64,000 bases of DNA, taken from Pseudomonadota bacterium. Lineage in GTDB: Bacteria > Pseudomonadota > Gammaproteobacteria > JAKAQQ01. Where the stretch lies: NCBI GenBank assembly GCA_027365475.1, contig DAHXNI010000080.1:5490-69489 (forward strand), in the 5' to 3' direction. Position 1 is the first letter of the stretch. Every line of letters starts with the position of its first letter. Below are positions 12,138 to 22,091 of this stretch, piece by piece. The position numbers and the translations under genes are program-made. A model generated the notes under the pieces. It made no database searches and was not told the DNA's origin. It saw only the letters and a program-made list of their open reading frames with translations.

Positions 12138-12596
12138 TCAGTAATCAGGCACCAGGCGGGCCTTGTCAATGTTTTCCCAAGGAATACGGTAGGCGGTCCC
12201 ATCGGCTTCCAGAGACACCCCATCGGGCTGGATGGCTCCGAGACGGCCCGTGAGGCGGGATTTGCCATCCACCGGCTCCCCGAACCTCAAGCGCACCAGA
12301 TGGCCGAGGAAGCGCTCGAAGTCCACCCTTCTCCTGAGCGGCCGATCCGGACCCGGAGAAGAGACCTCAAGATGGTAGGCATGGCGGATCGGGTCCTCGA
12401 CATCGAGGACTCCCGTCACCGCCCGGCTCACCTTCTCGCAGGCATCGAGCGAAACGCCCGATGGTCCGTCGATGTAGAGCCGGAGCACCCCACCGTTCCG
12501 CGTCAAGGCCACTTCGATCTCGACCAAGTCAAACCCGAGCGATTGAACCTCGGGCTCGAGGAGCCCGATGAGCCTCGCATACAAGGCATGAGCCAT
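12138..12596 (-). CDS. rimP: Ribosome maturation factor RimP
   Basis: Start taken at the ATG for MAHALYARLIGLLEP (152 aa). The track's upstream extension is not supported. Immediately upstream of nusA. Confidence 0.85.
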   Translation of the reverse strand: MAHALYARLIGLLEPEVQSLGFDLVEIEVALTRNGGVLRLYIDGPSGVSLDACEKVSRAVTGVLDVEDPIRHAYHLEVSSPGPDRPLRRRVDFERFLGHLVRLRFGEPVDGKSRLTGRLGAIQPDGVSLEADGTAYRIPWENIDKARLVPDY

Positions 12597-13444
12597 GCCC
12601 CAATCCTCCTTTGCGGAATAAAAAAGGGGCTCACGCCCCTTGTTTTTCGCTTCGCGGCTTCCCTCCGGATTTCGGCGTTCCCTGAACAGCCTATCGGACC
12701 GCATCCGAATTCCTCACATTCTAACGAGTTATCAACACTAATTCAACCGGTGTCGCTGATCGGGCCCAATCCATAACGCGGTACCGAGGATCGTCAGCGC
12801 CCCTGACCATCCCAGCTGACGCCTGGCAGCAGCTATTTGCCGATCCGCGCGCAATCCGGAAAGTGTTGGCGACGGTTTCCGTGCTGAGGCTCCACCGACT
12901 GGTTCCGGGATGGCCGGCCGATCCAGGAAGATACTTACCTTAATATTCCCGCAATCGATCCGGAACCGGACCAGACGCGGGGTCATTTCCAAAAACTGGG
13001 ACCGGCGCCGAGATGGACATCCGGTCCTGAAGATGGTGCCGGATCCTTGTTTTGGAACGTTTGTACCGACCCCTCCTCCGGTACCGGTTTCTGGTCGCGG
13101 ACAGTTCCGGCCAGTGCCTGCATTGCCGCAACACTCTCTCGCCTTTGCGATAAAACCACTGCTCGAGAAAATGGATGCACAGCATCCGTTCCGGCATGAT
13201 CGGCGGTCGCCCAGAACCATCCACTTTAAGACAGCTCAACGCCTCACAAAGCTCCACACAGCACCCAGGCATCTATTTTTGCGGGAAGCTGCTCGTACCG
13301 TGCCATTTTCAGAACCTGATTAAACCCCCGCTTGCACAATCGCTTTACCGGCTTCCTTGGCCTTGCCTCTCCGCATTCAAGAGGTTTGTTGTACGCTAAG
13401 AAAATGGGGACAAATCAGAGTTCTCGCCAAAAATGAGGTGGAAT

Positions 13445-13717
13445 ATGACAAGAATCTATTATGTCATTGCTGGCGCTGCGGCTGGTGCGTTCATTGGTTA
13501 CCTGCTGCGGCCATCGATTTGGCCCATAGGACAGCTTCCGTTTTTAACTGTGATAACACGCGGCGCCAACCTTCGGGGTATGGATCTGCTGTTACAATCC
13601 ACTGCACAGCAATCGTTTAACGACTTACTGATTGGTGCTGTGGCCGGTGCTGTATTGGGTTACGTGGTAAACCAGGTGATCGCGAAGAACAATAAAGCCG
13701 CCCTGAAAACAAAATGA
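13445..13717 (+). CDS. small membrane protein with two predicted TM helices and Gly-zipper motifs (GlsB/YeaQ/YmgE-like?)
   Basis: MTRIYYVIAGAAAGAFIGYLL ... LLIGAVAGAVLGYVVNQVI; AxxxG/GxxxG repeats. No further support. Confidence 0.4.
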   Translation: MTRIYYVIAGAAAGAFIGYLLRPSIWPIGQLPFLTVITRGANLRGMDLLLQSTAQQSFNDLLIGAVAGAVLGYVVNQVIAKNNKAALKTK

Positions 13718-14040
13718 AAAACTGACTACTCACGACACCCCGCCGTGTGGGAGGATCCTGGGTTCGGAAGCGCTTCTGGGACGCCCAGACTTGAATCAGC
13801 GTGCCGTTCACACTGAAAGGTTCCTCCAACAGAAGGTTCTGCCGACGGGCCGCTTCCGCCACCTCGATTGACAGGCCCAAGCACCAGCGGAACAACGGGT
13901 TGTACGAGCGCAGCGCAACCAGCTATCGCTCACCTCGGATCATGTGGATAACATCTGTCCATCTTCCCATCTCTGCGATCCTTCGACCGGAGGTGTTATA
14001 CCCTGTTATAGAGCGCGCGCCATCCATGATGACGTGGGCC

Positions 14041-15549
14041 CTATCCCATCCCGCCATCTGGGTTATGCGCCCACCAGTCCTCAAGGGAAACCCGCTGACG
14101 CTTTTCGAAGTGCCGATCCAGATCAGGGTGATCCTGACGAAAATGTGCTCCACGGCTCTCAATGCGCTGAAGCGCTGCAAAGACCCAGACCCAGCCGAGG
14201 AGTGCCATGGGTTGCTCCCCGCCTTTCATTTCAGCCGCCAGCTGAGCGAGCGCAGCCTCAAGTTCCATCCGTTCGCGCACAACACCCATACTCCGTCCGA
14301 GAATTGCGGAAACTGCTTTGGATTCGAAGGAGGGAATCGGCTGCCGCTCGGAAACTTTGTGTGTTCTGTGTGGGATGGGGGCATCCGCAAGCGATCGAGC
14401 CACCGCATGTCCGCAGACCACTGCCTCAAGAAGCGAGTTGCTGGCCAGGCGGTTCGCACCATGGAAACCCGTGGCAGCCACTTCGCCCACAGCCCACAGT
14501 CCCGGGATCGCGGCTTGTCCCCGCTCATCGACCTCGATCCCGCCCATGTGATAGTGCACGGCCGGGCAAATCGGGAGGAGATCCTTCCGGGGATCGAGTC
14601 CGCGCGCAAGGCAGACCGCGTAGATTGAGGGAAACCACACCGGGAAATCCGCACCCGGTTGCTTGCGGGCGTCCAGAAAGACCTGATGACCCTCCTCACG
14701 CTCAAACCAGACGGCGCGGGCGACCTGGTCCCGGGGCGCGAGCTCGGCTTGGGGTGCTTTCGCAAGGAACCGATTGCCTTTTTCGTCGACCAGGATGGCC
14801 CCATCGCCCCGAACCGCTTCGCTGATGAGGGGCAGCGTCTGCGTGCCCGTATCCAGTGCGGTCGGATGATACTGGATGAACTCCATGTCGATGAGTGGAG
14901 CACCAGCCAAAAGAGCCATGAGGAGACCCTGTCCCCGGGAACCCCTGGGATTGGTCGTGGCGGGGAAAAGTCCGCCGACCCCTCCCGTCGCCAGAACCAC
15001 CCGCCCGGACGGGAAAAAAGACGCTCCACCCGGCCCCACGGCCGAAACGCCCAGAATTCCTTCCTCGTCGTGCTCAAGCACGCGGGCCTCGAACCCTTCG
15101 ATAATTTCGATCGATGGCGTGGATCGAACCCGCCTGATCAGGGTTTCCATGATGATCCGGCCAGTCGCATCCCCTCCCGCATGCACAATGCGGTGTCTCG
15201 AGTGCCCCCCCTCAAGACCGAGCAGGAGGTCGCCACTTGCGCTCCGGTCGAACGGTACACCAAGCGTGGCAAGATAATCGATGGCCCAGGGGCCTGCCTG
15301 GGTAATGCGCTCCGTGACCTGAAGATCCGCAAGACCGCATCCCGCCCGTTGCGTATCGTCTGAATGACGTCGAGGATCATCGTCAGGCCCGACCGCTGCT
15401 GCGATGCCGCCCTGGGCCCAGAGGGACGACCCCTCGTTACCGAGTCGACCGCGAACCAGCAGCCGGATGGGTTTGGGCGCGAAAGAGAGTGCGGTGACGA
15501 GGCCCGCAATGCCGCCCCCCACGATGAGGGGCTGTGAAGAATCGTTCAA
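14041..15549 (-). CDS. nadB: L-aspartate oxidase
   Basis: 502 aa; FAD-binding GGGIAGL at the N-terminus, SLWAQGGIAA, RHSDDT, HYHMGGI motifs; 4-bp overlap with nadA. Confidence 0.9.
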   Translation of the reverse strand: MNDSSQPLIVGGGIAGLVTALSFAPKPIRLLVRGRLGNEGSSLWAQGGIAAAVGPDDDPRRHSDDTQRAGCGLADLQVTERITQAGPWAIDYLATLGVPFDRSASGDLLLGLEGGHSRHRIVHAGGDATGRIIMETLIRRVRSTPSIEIIEGFEARVLEHDEEGILGVSAVGPGGASFFPSGRVVLATGGVGGLFPATTNPRGSRGQGLLMALLAGAPLIDMEFIQYHPTALDTGTQTLPLISEAVRGDGAILVDEKGNRFLAKAPQAELAPRDQVARAVWFEREEGHQVFLDARKQPGADFPVWFPSIYAVCLARGLDPRKDLLPICPAVHYHMGGIEVDERGQAAIPGLWAVGEVAATGFHGANRLASNSLLEAVVCGHAVARSLADAPIPHRTHKVSERQPIPSFESKAVSAILGRSMGVVRERMELEAALAQLAAEMKGGEQPMALLGWVWVFAALQRIESRGAHFRQDHPDLDRHFEKRQRVSLEDWWAHNPDGGMG

Positions 15550-16523
15550 ATCGCAAGCATCCGTTCCACCGAACGACGTGCCCGATCCGCGATCCCTGCA
15601 TCGATTTCGACCGCATAGCGAAAGGACAAAAGCGATTCGCGGATCTTGGCAAGCGTGATCCGCTTCATGTGCGGGCAGAGATTGCAGGGCCGGATGAACT
15701 GGACTTCCGGGTGTTCAACCGAGACGTTGTCGCTCATGGAACACTCGGTGAGAAGTGCCACCTTGATCGGATGCTGATCATCGATATAGCGTGAGAGAGC
15801 CGCGGTCGAACCCGAGAAATCCGCCTCCTCGACCACCTCGGGTGTACATTCGGGATGTGCCAGAACCGTGAGATCCGGATGGACACGCCGGAGTTCGCGC
15901 ACCTCGGCGGCCCCAAATTGCTCGTGCACCATGCACCGACCCTTCCAGGGAATGATGGTGACCGTGGTTTCACGTGCCACGTTGGCAGCCAGATAGCGAT
16001 CTGGAACCAGGATCACCTGCGGACTGCCCAGGGATTCGACCACCCGACGCGCATTACTCGAAGTGCAGCAGATATCGGATTCGGCTTTGACCTGAGCTGA
16101 GGTATTCACATAGGTGACAACCGGTATCCCCGGGTGCTGCCTGCGCAGAGCACGCACATCCTCCGCCGTGATCGATTCGGCCAGTGAACAGCCTGCCAGA
16201 GGGTCGGGAATGAGAACCTGTTTGTCCGGATTGAGAAGCTTCGCAGTCTCTGCCATGAAGTAAACGCCCGCCATCACGATGACTTGGGCATCGAGCCGTG
16301 CTGCCTCGCGAGCGAGCTTCAGGCTGTCTCCGACCACATCTGCAATGCAATGGTAGATTTCCGGTGTCTGGTAATTGTGGGCAAGAATCACGGCGTTCCG
16401 GGTTCTCTTGAGCTCAAGAATGGCTTCGATCTCAGTCGCGAGAACGGGCCATTCCAGAGCGGGCACGAACGGGCGAACCCGCTCATATAAGCGATCCGGC
16501 TGTCTTTCCAGGGCAGTATTCAT
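15546..16523 (-). CDS. nadA: Quinolinate synthase A
   Basis: Start at the ATG for MNTALERQ, with a revcomp AGGAGG 8–13 nt upstream. Conserved Cys ligands and ILAHNYQ, VTYVNTSA motifs. Confidence 0.9.
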   Translation of the reverse strand: MNTALERQPDRLYERVRPFVPALEWPVLATEIEAILELKRTRNAVILAHNYQTPEIYHCIADVVGDSLKLAREAARLDAQVIVMAGVYFMAETAKLLNPDKQVLIPDPLAGCSLAESITAEDVRALRRQHPGIPVVTYVNTSAQVKAESDICCTSSNARRVVESLGSPQVILVPDRYLAANVARETTVTIIPWKGRCMVHEQFGAAEVRELRRVHPDLTVLAHPECTPEVVEEADFSGSTAALSRYIDDQHPIKVALLTECSMSDNVSVEHPEVQFIRPCNLCPHMKRITLAKIRESLLSFRYAVEIDAGIADRARRSVERMLAI

Positions 16524-16540
16524 GGGGCCCCTCCTATTAT

Positions 16541-16562
16541 GCTCACTCTGAGCATTAAATGC
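16541..16562. promoter_or_regulatory. palindrome ATGCTCA-CTC-TGAGCAT immediately upstream of the nadA RBS; candidate operator for the adjacent Nudix-type regulator
   Basis: Perfect 7-3-7 inverted repeat read directly from the sequence, within 20–40 nt of the nadA start codon. Confidence 0.3.
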
Positions 16563-16736
16563 GTAAAGGAGAATACCAATGCGCATATGGAATGTTATGC
16601 CCAAACGACCCGCACGTCAAATGGAGTGCCCTGTGATTCGCGTGTTCGTCGACTGGTAGAAACGAAACGCCCTGAATCGAAGAGAAGACCCATCCTTCAA
16701 TACTGTTCAAGGAATGGGGCCAAGCGCGATTGATGC

Positions 16737-17717
16737 CTACTTGGCCAGAGGGAGCTTCGATCCGACCATCATCCGTTCCTGGAGCACTGCACGCCGGAAT
16801 CGGTAGAGGCATGCGGGTCGCCCGCCGGTCTGGTTCTCGATTCCCCCCGTGGGCTCAACCAGGTTTTGGAACGCGATCAAACGCCTGAAGTTCTGCTTGT
16901 GAACCCGGCGCCCGGCCAGTGCCTCGACCGCCTTCTGCAATCTGAGATAGGTGAAAGACTCTGGCAAAAGCTCAAACACCACAGGACGGTATTTGATCTT
17001 AGCCCGCAGCCGTGCGATGCCGGTTGCGAGGATCCGCCGGTGGTCGTGCTGCATCCCCTCTCCCGTGGCCAATCGCCCCGCCGGATGGTTCCTGTACCCT
17101 CGCCGCCGCGATTCCTCGACAAGTCCCGCCTCGTAAAGAAGCTCATAGCGCTGAAGGACCCACTCCTCATTCCATGGTTCGCCTTTGGCTCCGAAGGTGT
17201 GACGGACACGGCTCATTCGCGCTCGGCGGATCTCGACCGAGGCTGCGCGATGCACCCAGGTGTCGAGCGTATCGAGGATCGGATCCAGCACCAAAGGCCG
17301 CCCCAGGCGATGATCTTCCCAAGGGAAATAGCGGTACCAGCCCTGCCAGCCCACACCGGGATCCCCCGATGCCGTTGCCTCAAGGGTCAGACCGAGATAG
17401 CTCACGGAGATGACCTGTTTCGGTTCTGAATCCTCGAGACGGTCCTGGTCCGCGAACGTGTAGAGCTGCTCGATATGGCCGAGTGCATGGTGGGTTTTGC
17501 GTTCAACCCAGGAACGCACACCCGCCTGGAGCGATCGATGCCCCGTTTCGAGCGGGCCGGAAGGCAAGGTCAGCCCTCGATCAAGTGTGAGGATCCGGGG
17601 GCTGTCTCCGGTCACGGCAACGATCACGGCAATGAGTTCGGCCGAAAGCGGTGGCAGAAAATGGGATTCCGGGGCCAGGTCTGCCGATGGATCGATGCGA
17701 GGCGGGGGGGTACGCAT
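16737..17717 (-). CDS. Nudix-related transcriptional regulator of NAD metabolism (NrtR/NadQ-like)
   Basis: 326 aa. N-terminal degenerate Nudix-like region; C-terminal FELLPESFTYLRLQKAVEALAG...NFRRL resembles the NrtR winged-helix signature. Divergent from the nadA-nadB operon. Confidence 0.55.
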   Translation of the reverse strand: MRTPPPRIDPSADLAPESHFLPPLSAELIAVIVAVTGDSPRILTLDRGLTLPSGPLETGHRSLQAGVRSWVERKTHHALGHIEQLYTFADQDRLEDSEPKQVISVSYLGLTLEATASGDPGVGWQGWYRYFPWEDHRLGRPLVLDPILDTLDTWVHRAASVEIRRARMSRVRHTFGAKGEPWNEEWVLQRYELLYEAGLVEESRRRGYRNHPAGRLATGEGMQHDHRRILATGIARLRAKIKYRPVVFELLPESFTYLRLQKAVEALAGRRVHKQNFRRLIAFQNLVEPTGGIENQTGGRPACLYRFRRAVLQERMMVGSKLPLAK

Positions 17718-17876
17718 GGCTGAGTGCGACAGGGGTTTACAGACCGGATGGGTTCCCTTCCCATCCTACCCGAACAATGACCCTACGGTCATTCAAAGAA
17801 AAGGTTTGGACTGCTTTTGACAGAATCGGTCGGACCGGTACAATGAATCCACCTCACGGCCTGGTCCATTCCTCCA

Positions 17877-18884
17877 ATGAAACTGGATCGCTCCCCCTCC
17901 TCCGCCACTTGGTACCGCCGCGGCGGCGGGATCGATTTCAAGGATCTCACCGAGCAGCAGATCCTGGCCCTCGCGATCTCATTTGAGGAAGATGATGCGA
18001 GAATCTATGAACAGTACGCGGATGCCCTCCGCGAAAACTACCCCACGAGCGCACAAATGTTCACGGTCGTGGCCCAGGAAGAACACCAGCACCGCCATCG
18101 CCTGATTGACCTCTACCAGGCCAAGTTCGGCGACCGGATCCCCCTCATTCGGCGCCAGGATGTACGGGGGTTCATCGAACGCAAGCCGATCTGGCTGATC
18201 CAGCCTCTGGACATCGGGAAGATCCGGCGCCAGGTCGAAATGATGGAATCTGAATCCGCAGCCTTTTATGCGAAGGCAGCTCATCGCAGCCAGGATGCGG
18301 CCATTCGAAAACTCCTGGGCGATCTGGCTGCTGAAGAAAGCGTACATGAAGCCAAGGCGGAATCGATCGAAAGCGAGCTGATCACCGATGCCGTGCATGT
18401 GAGTGAAAAAGAAACCCATCGGCGGCAGATGCTGCTTCAGATCATCCAGCCCGGGCTTGCGGGACTCATGGATGGATCCGTCTCGACACTGGCACCCATT
18501 TTCGCAGCGGCTTTCGCGACACAGGACACTTGGAGCACATTCCTGATCGGACTCGCTGCAGCGATCGGAGCCGGGATCAGTATGGCCTTTGCGGAAGCCA
18601 TGTCCGACACCGGACTGCTGACCGGCCGCGGAAGCCCCTGGATCCGGGGTCTCGTCACGGGCGGCATGACCACTTTGGGCGGCTTGTTTCACACGTTCCC
18701 GTTCCTGATTTCAAACTTCAGGCTGGCGGTTAGTGTGGCTGTCGGCGTTGTCCTCGTCGAACTCACCACCATCGCCTGGATCCGCAAGCGATTTATGGAT
18801 ACACCATTCCTGGCGGCGGTCTTTCAGGTCGTGGTCGGTGGAGCCCTGGTTTTTCTGGCCGGAATTCTGATCGGCAGCGCCTGA
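17877..18884 (+). CDS. mbfA: Membrane-bound ferritin MbfA (erythrin/rubrerythrin-like domain fused to VIT1/CCC1 iron transporter domain)
   Basis: N-terminal ferritin-like E..H motifs (EEHQHRHRL; EESVHEAKAE). C-terminal VIT1 domain IIQPGLAGLMDGSVSTLAPIFAAAFATQD ... five TM segments. Near-collinear with Bradyrhizobium/Agrobacterium MbfA. Confidence 0.85.
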   Translation: MKLDRSPSSATWYRRGGGIDFKDLTEQQILALAISFEEDDARIYEQYADALRENYPTSAQMFTVVAQEEHQHRHRLIDLYQAKFGDRIPLIRRQDVRGFIERKPIWLIQPLDIGKIRRQVEMMESESAAFYAKAAHRSQDAAIRKLLGDLAAEESVHEAKAESIESELITDAVHVSEKETHRRQMLLQIIQPGLAGLMDGSVSTLAPIFAAAFATQDTWSTFLIGLAAAIGAGISMAFAEAMSDTGLLTGRGSPWIRGLVTGGMTTLGGLFHTFPFLISNFRLAVSVAVGVVLVELTTIAWIRKRFMDTPFLAAVFQVVVGGALVFLAGILIGSA

Positions 18885-18890
18885 TTCCGC

Positions 18891-19460
18891 TCAGAGCCCT
18901 GCAGTCAAGGCACCAGGCGACAGAGGGGCAGTCGGTCCGCCCGCACCGCCAGCCGTACCCAGAAGCAGCTGGTTCTTGAGATCGGCCACTTTGACCCAAA
19001 AGAGAATCCAGAGCACCACGGATGCGATCCAGGAGATCCACCCCAGGAACGGAACCACCGTGCAGACGACCAGCACCGACATGGCAATGCCCAGCCCGTA
19101 ACCACAGTCACCCACGTTCGTCACACCGCGCGATGCGAACTCCCTTCTCAGGGAGTGGGAGACATGTGACACGATGAAGAAGTTCCATACGAGATTGAAG
19201 ATCGGGATGAGGTTCAACCAGACCAAGCCGGGCGTGAGGCTCCGCCTGTCCGGTTGGACCGCCTGCAGCGCACTTTGCATGGTGATCAGGTAGAAAATGA
19301 GCGGAATCAGCCAGATCGCAGAGAAAAGCAAGATACAGGCAAACACAAAAAAGAGGATGTAGCCGACCATGCCGACCGCCGTACCAGCCAGCATGCCTGC
19401 GAAAAGCCCGTGCATCATGGCATGCATCCCCTGTGGTCCCCAAGTCATGTGATGATTCAT
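18891..19460 (-). CDS. membrane protein, paralog 1 of a tandem pair (shared motif IPLFNLVWNFF)
   Basis: 189 aa, 4 predicted TM helices; paralogous to 19506-19937. Confidence 0.5.
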   Translation of the reverse strand: MNHHMTWGPQGMHAMMHGLFAGMLAGTAVGMVGYILFFVFACILLFSAIWLIPLIFYLITMQSALQAVQPDRRSLTPGLVWLNLIPIFNLVWNFFIVSHVSHSLRREFASRGVTNVGDCGYGLGIAMSVLVVCTVVPFLGWISWIASVVLWILFWVKVADLKNQLLLGTAGGAGGPTAPLSPGALTAGL

Positions 19461-19505
19461 GTGCAGATACCTCTACACCGGATTTGTGAAAAAAAGTCCG
19501 TCACT

Positions 19506-19937
19506 TCAGTGTTGGCTGAGTCTCTGCCGGTAGCCGGACATCTGGATCCAATAGAGGATCCAGCAGATGAACCCGGCCAAGCCCGTCAGCAAGCCCACTA
19601 CTGGAATCAGTGACAGCGCCACCAAAACACTCATGGCCATGCCCACTCCAAAGCCAAATCCCTCACTGGGCAGATTGCGGCTCGCAAACTCGGTCTTGAG
19701 CGAATCTCGGATCTTGATGACCACGAAAAAGTTCCAGACCAGGTTGAACAGGGGGATCAGGAGCAGGAAGACGAGCCCCGGTTCCAGCCGCCGGGCACTG
19801 GGGGAGACCGCCTGAAGCGTTTTCATCAGTGTAATGAGGTAAAGAATATAGATCACCAGCCCAACGAGGAGGCCCAAAATACCCCAGATATTGCCCGCAA
19901 AGAGCGACGGGTAAAACAGAGGTGAATGCATGTTCAA
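19506..19937 (-). CDS. membrane protein, paralog 2 of the tandem pair
   Basis: 143 aa; shares LQAV.P..R.L.PGLV.L.LIP.FNLVWNFF...S with its neighbour. Confidence 0.5.
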   Translation of the reverse strand: MNMHSPLFYPSLFAGNIWGILGLLVGLVIYILYLITLMKTLQAVSPSARRLEPGLVFLLLIPLFNLVWNFFVVIKIRDSLKTEFASRNLPSEGFGFGVGMAMSVLVALSLIPVVGLLTGLAGFICWILYWIQMSGYRQRLSQH

Positions 19938-20108
19938 ACTCCCGTATTTTGCGTTCGTACCTCAAACCGGAAACGCGTGTTTCCCGTTCAGGCGACTCAT
20001 TCTGGTGTGACTATGCTGCAACGGAAATATCCTGTCAAGTGCGCTGTGGAAGGGGGAGTCAGCTCACCTGAGCAGGATCTTGAGCATGCCGGCCATACCT
20101 CTTATCGA

Positions 20109-20591
20109 TCAGTCAGACGCGGGTTCGACCACGATGGTGGGAACAGGGGTAACCGGGAAGTTGACCGAGCGGGCAATGAAGCAGCGCTCATGCGCTGTGT
20201 GATGGAGCTCTCTCGATTTTGCCTGATCTGAACCGGCAGCCAAAGTCACATGAGGATGCAAGATGACCTCCTTGAACTGTCCTGCTCCACCCGGCTTCTC
20301 TTCGAGCATCACGCCTTCCGCGTCGTCTTCATAGGCGATCACGCAGATACCGGATGCGGCACAAAGACCAAGGTACCAAAGCTGATGACAGGCAGAGAGC
20401 GCAGCAACCAGCAGATCTTCCGGGTTCCAGCGGGCGGCATCACCTCGGAAACAGCCGTCCGATGATCCTTGGAGGGGCGGCTTCTCCCCTGCACTCAGTA
20501 TGAAATCTCGGCTGTGACCCTGCAGCGATACCGAGTCCGAGCCTCCGGTCCATACCAGATGCACGTGATAACGATGCAGTTTTTCCGCCAT
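20109..20591 (-). CDS. osmC: OsmC/Ohr family peroxiredoxin-like protein
   Basis: From MAEKLHRYHVHLVWTG; OsmC signature NPEDLLVAALSACH and a second conserved Cys near the C-terminus. Confidence 0.75.
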   Translation of the reverse strand: MAEKLHRYHVHLVWTGGSDSVSLQGHSRDFILSAGEKPPLQGSSDGCFRGDAARWNPEDLLVAALSACHQLWYLGLCAASGICVIAYEDDAEGVMLEEKPGGAGQFKEVILHPHVTLAAGSDQAKSRELHHTAHERCFIARSVNFPVTPVPTIVVEPASD

Positions 20592-20774
20592 CGTTATCGC
20601 AAGCCCTGGCCAACAAGACATTCAAGCATGTCAATCCTTACCCGTCTGTGGTTGGAGTCAAAAGCGCGACCCCGCCAGTATAGTCTGGCCTCGCAGCTCG
20701 GAGCCCCTGTGCAGATGAGTTCGCATAGATCGACGGGGGTATCACGTGCTATTTACAGTTGAAGAATGCTCTTC

Positions 20775-22016
20775 TCATTGCGAAACGGGCTGCTCATCAG
20801 GTTTTTTCTTGCCAGCGAGTCGTGACCACCGCTCATGAATCCGGTTTTTCCGAACCTGGGTCGTGATGCGGCAGACTGCATGGACGGGTCGCTTGAGTAC
20901 GGTGCGGGACAGCCATCGGACGATCGGCCGACAGAACCCGGGCACATCGGCGAAAAGGCTTGCATGATCCAGAAAAGGCCTGATCACAACCTCCGCATGA
21001 GGGGTGTTTCGTGCGAGTCGCTGGATACTTGATGGGGGTGCGATGCGATCTGCTGCTCCGCCGAGATAGAGTACCGGCGCCCGTATACTCCCCACCCATG
21101 CCGCAGGGCGGGCCTTTGCGAGGTTGACTCCAGCAAGCCGCCCCGCGTGGTGTAAGGCTTTCGGCCACACGCGCGAATGGGGACCCGGGATGAGGCCGAA
21201 AACATTCCAAACGGTATCTGATACAAAAGAACTGTGCGAAAAACGGACGATAACCTTTGCGATGCTCGACCAGGGGGAAACGGCGATGACCCCATCCGGT
21301 TCCGTCTTCCGCGCAGAAGCCATGAGGGCCACACCCGCTCCGTAGGAGACTCCAAAATAGACCCAGGGCGAGGCCAGCAACCGCTCATGCTTGAGCGTGG
21401 CGATCAGCCGCTTGAGATCATGACGATCACGAAGGCCCCAGGTGAGATCGGGTGCCCGGGCATCCCCCTGACCCCGAAGATCGACCAGGACCGTGCGCCA
21501 ACCCCAACTTGCAAAGTAGAGCGCCCAGGGCAGGAGCGTCGCCTTACCCATTCCCCAACCGGTCAGGAGAATGATGGTCCCGATGGGTTTTGTGGGGGCT
21601 ATCCGGGAGATGCGAGTTCGCAACATGGCAGCCATCTTGGTCCATGAGATGCGACCATGTTTGGAACACCGGGTTTTACACTGCCCGAGCAAATGCACGA
21701 AGCCGATGCTGAAGCTTCCACCAGGTCGATTCTTCCGGTACCCGACCGAGATGGTCGGATCATAGGGTGCCGGATCAATGACCGCCGCATTGATCGTACC
21801 TCCGTCCGGCGGGGGAACCGCCAGCGTGATCCGTCGGGCATAGAACGGACGCGCCAAAACACGGAAAGCGTCAGATTGTGGTGGATGGACGATCTGGCGG
21901 CCCACCCAGGATGGGGTGACACAACCCCCGAGAGCGCCAAGGAACACCACTCCGATCACCATCCGAATGAAACTCGATATCCGGCGGCCTGTCGGAACCT
22001 CTTTATTTGTTGTCAT
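20775..22016 (-). CDS. alpha/beta hydrolase, probable lipoprotein
   Basis: Start at the ATG for MTTNKEV; the track's start 4 codons upstream is a TTG. Signal peptide with lipobox LGALGG-C. DLRGQGD plus GVSYGAG nucleophile elbow. The start abuts the island boundary. Confidence 0.6.
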   Translation of the reverse strand: MTTNKEVPTGRRISSFIRMVIGVVFLGALGGCVTPSWVGRQIVHPPQSDAFRVLARPFYARRITLAVPPPDGGTINAAVIDPAPYDPTISVGYRKNRPGGSFSIGFVHLLGQCKTRCSKHGRISWTKMAAMLRTRISRIAPTKPIGTIILLTGWGMGKATLLPWALYFASWGWRTVLVDLRGQGDARAPDLTWGLRDRHDLKRLIATLKHERLLASPWVYFGVSYGAGVALMASARKTEPDGVIAVSPWSSIAKVIVRFSHSSFVSDTVWNVFGLIPGPHSRVWPKALHHAGRLAGVNLAKARPAAWVGSIRAPVLYLGGAADRIAPPSSIQRLARNTPHAEVVIRPFLDHASLFADVPGFCRPIVRWLSRTVLKRPVHAVCRITTQVRKNRIHERWSRLAGKKKPDEQPVSQ

Positions 22017-22048
22017 CGGATAGGGCAATTTCCATATTATCGATTGAA

Positions 22049-22091
22049 TGGTAGCGGGGGCAGGATTTGAACCTGTAACCTTCGGGTCATG
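22049..22091 (-). repeat. degenerate copy of the 3' end of tRNA-fMet (distal att site of island element A)
   Basis: tggtagcgggggcaggatttgaacctgtaaccttcgggtcatga: revcomp matches the tRNA 3' end (T-arm, acceptor, CCA) with 3 mismatches. Confidence 0.75.

Noticed and set aside
12738-13323. ORFs of 110-160 aa in the rimP leader region
   Set aside because: Low-complexity, Gly/Arg/Cys-rich translations of GC-rich DNA with no start context; the region is treated as non-coding.
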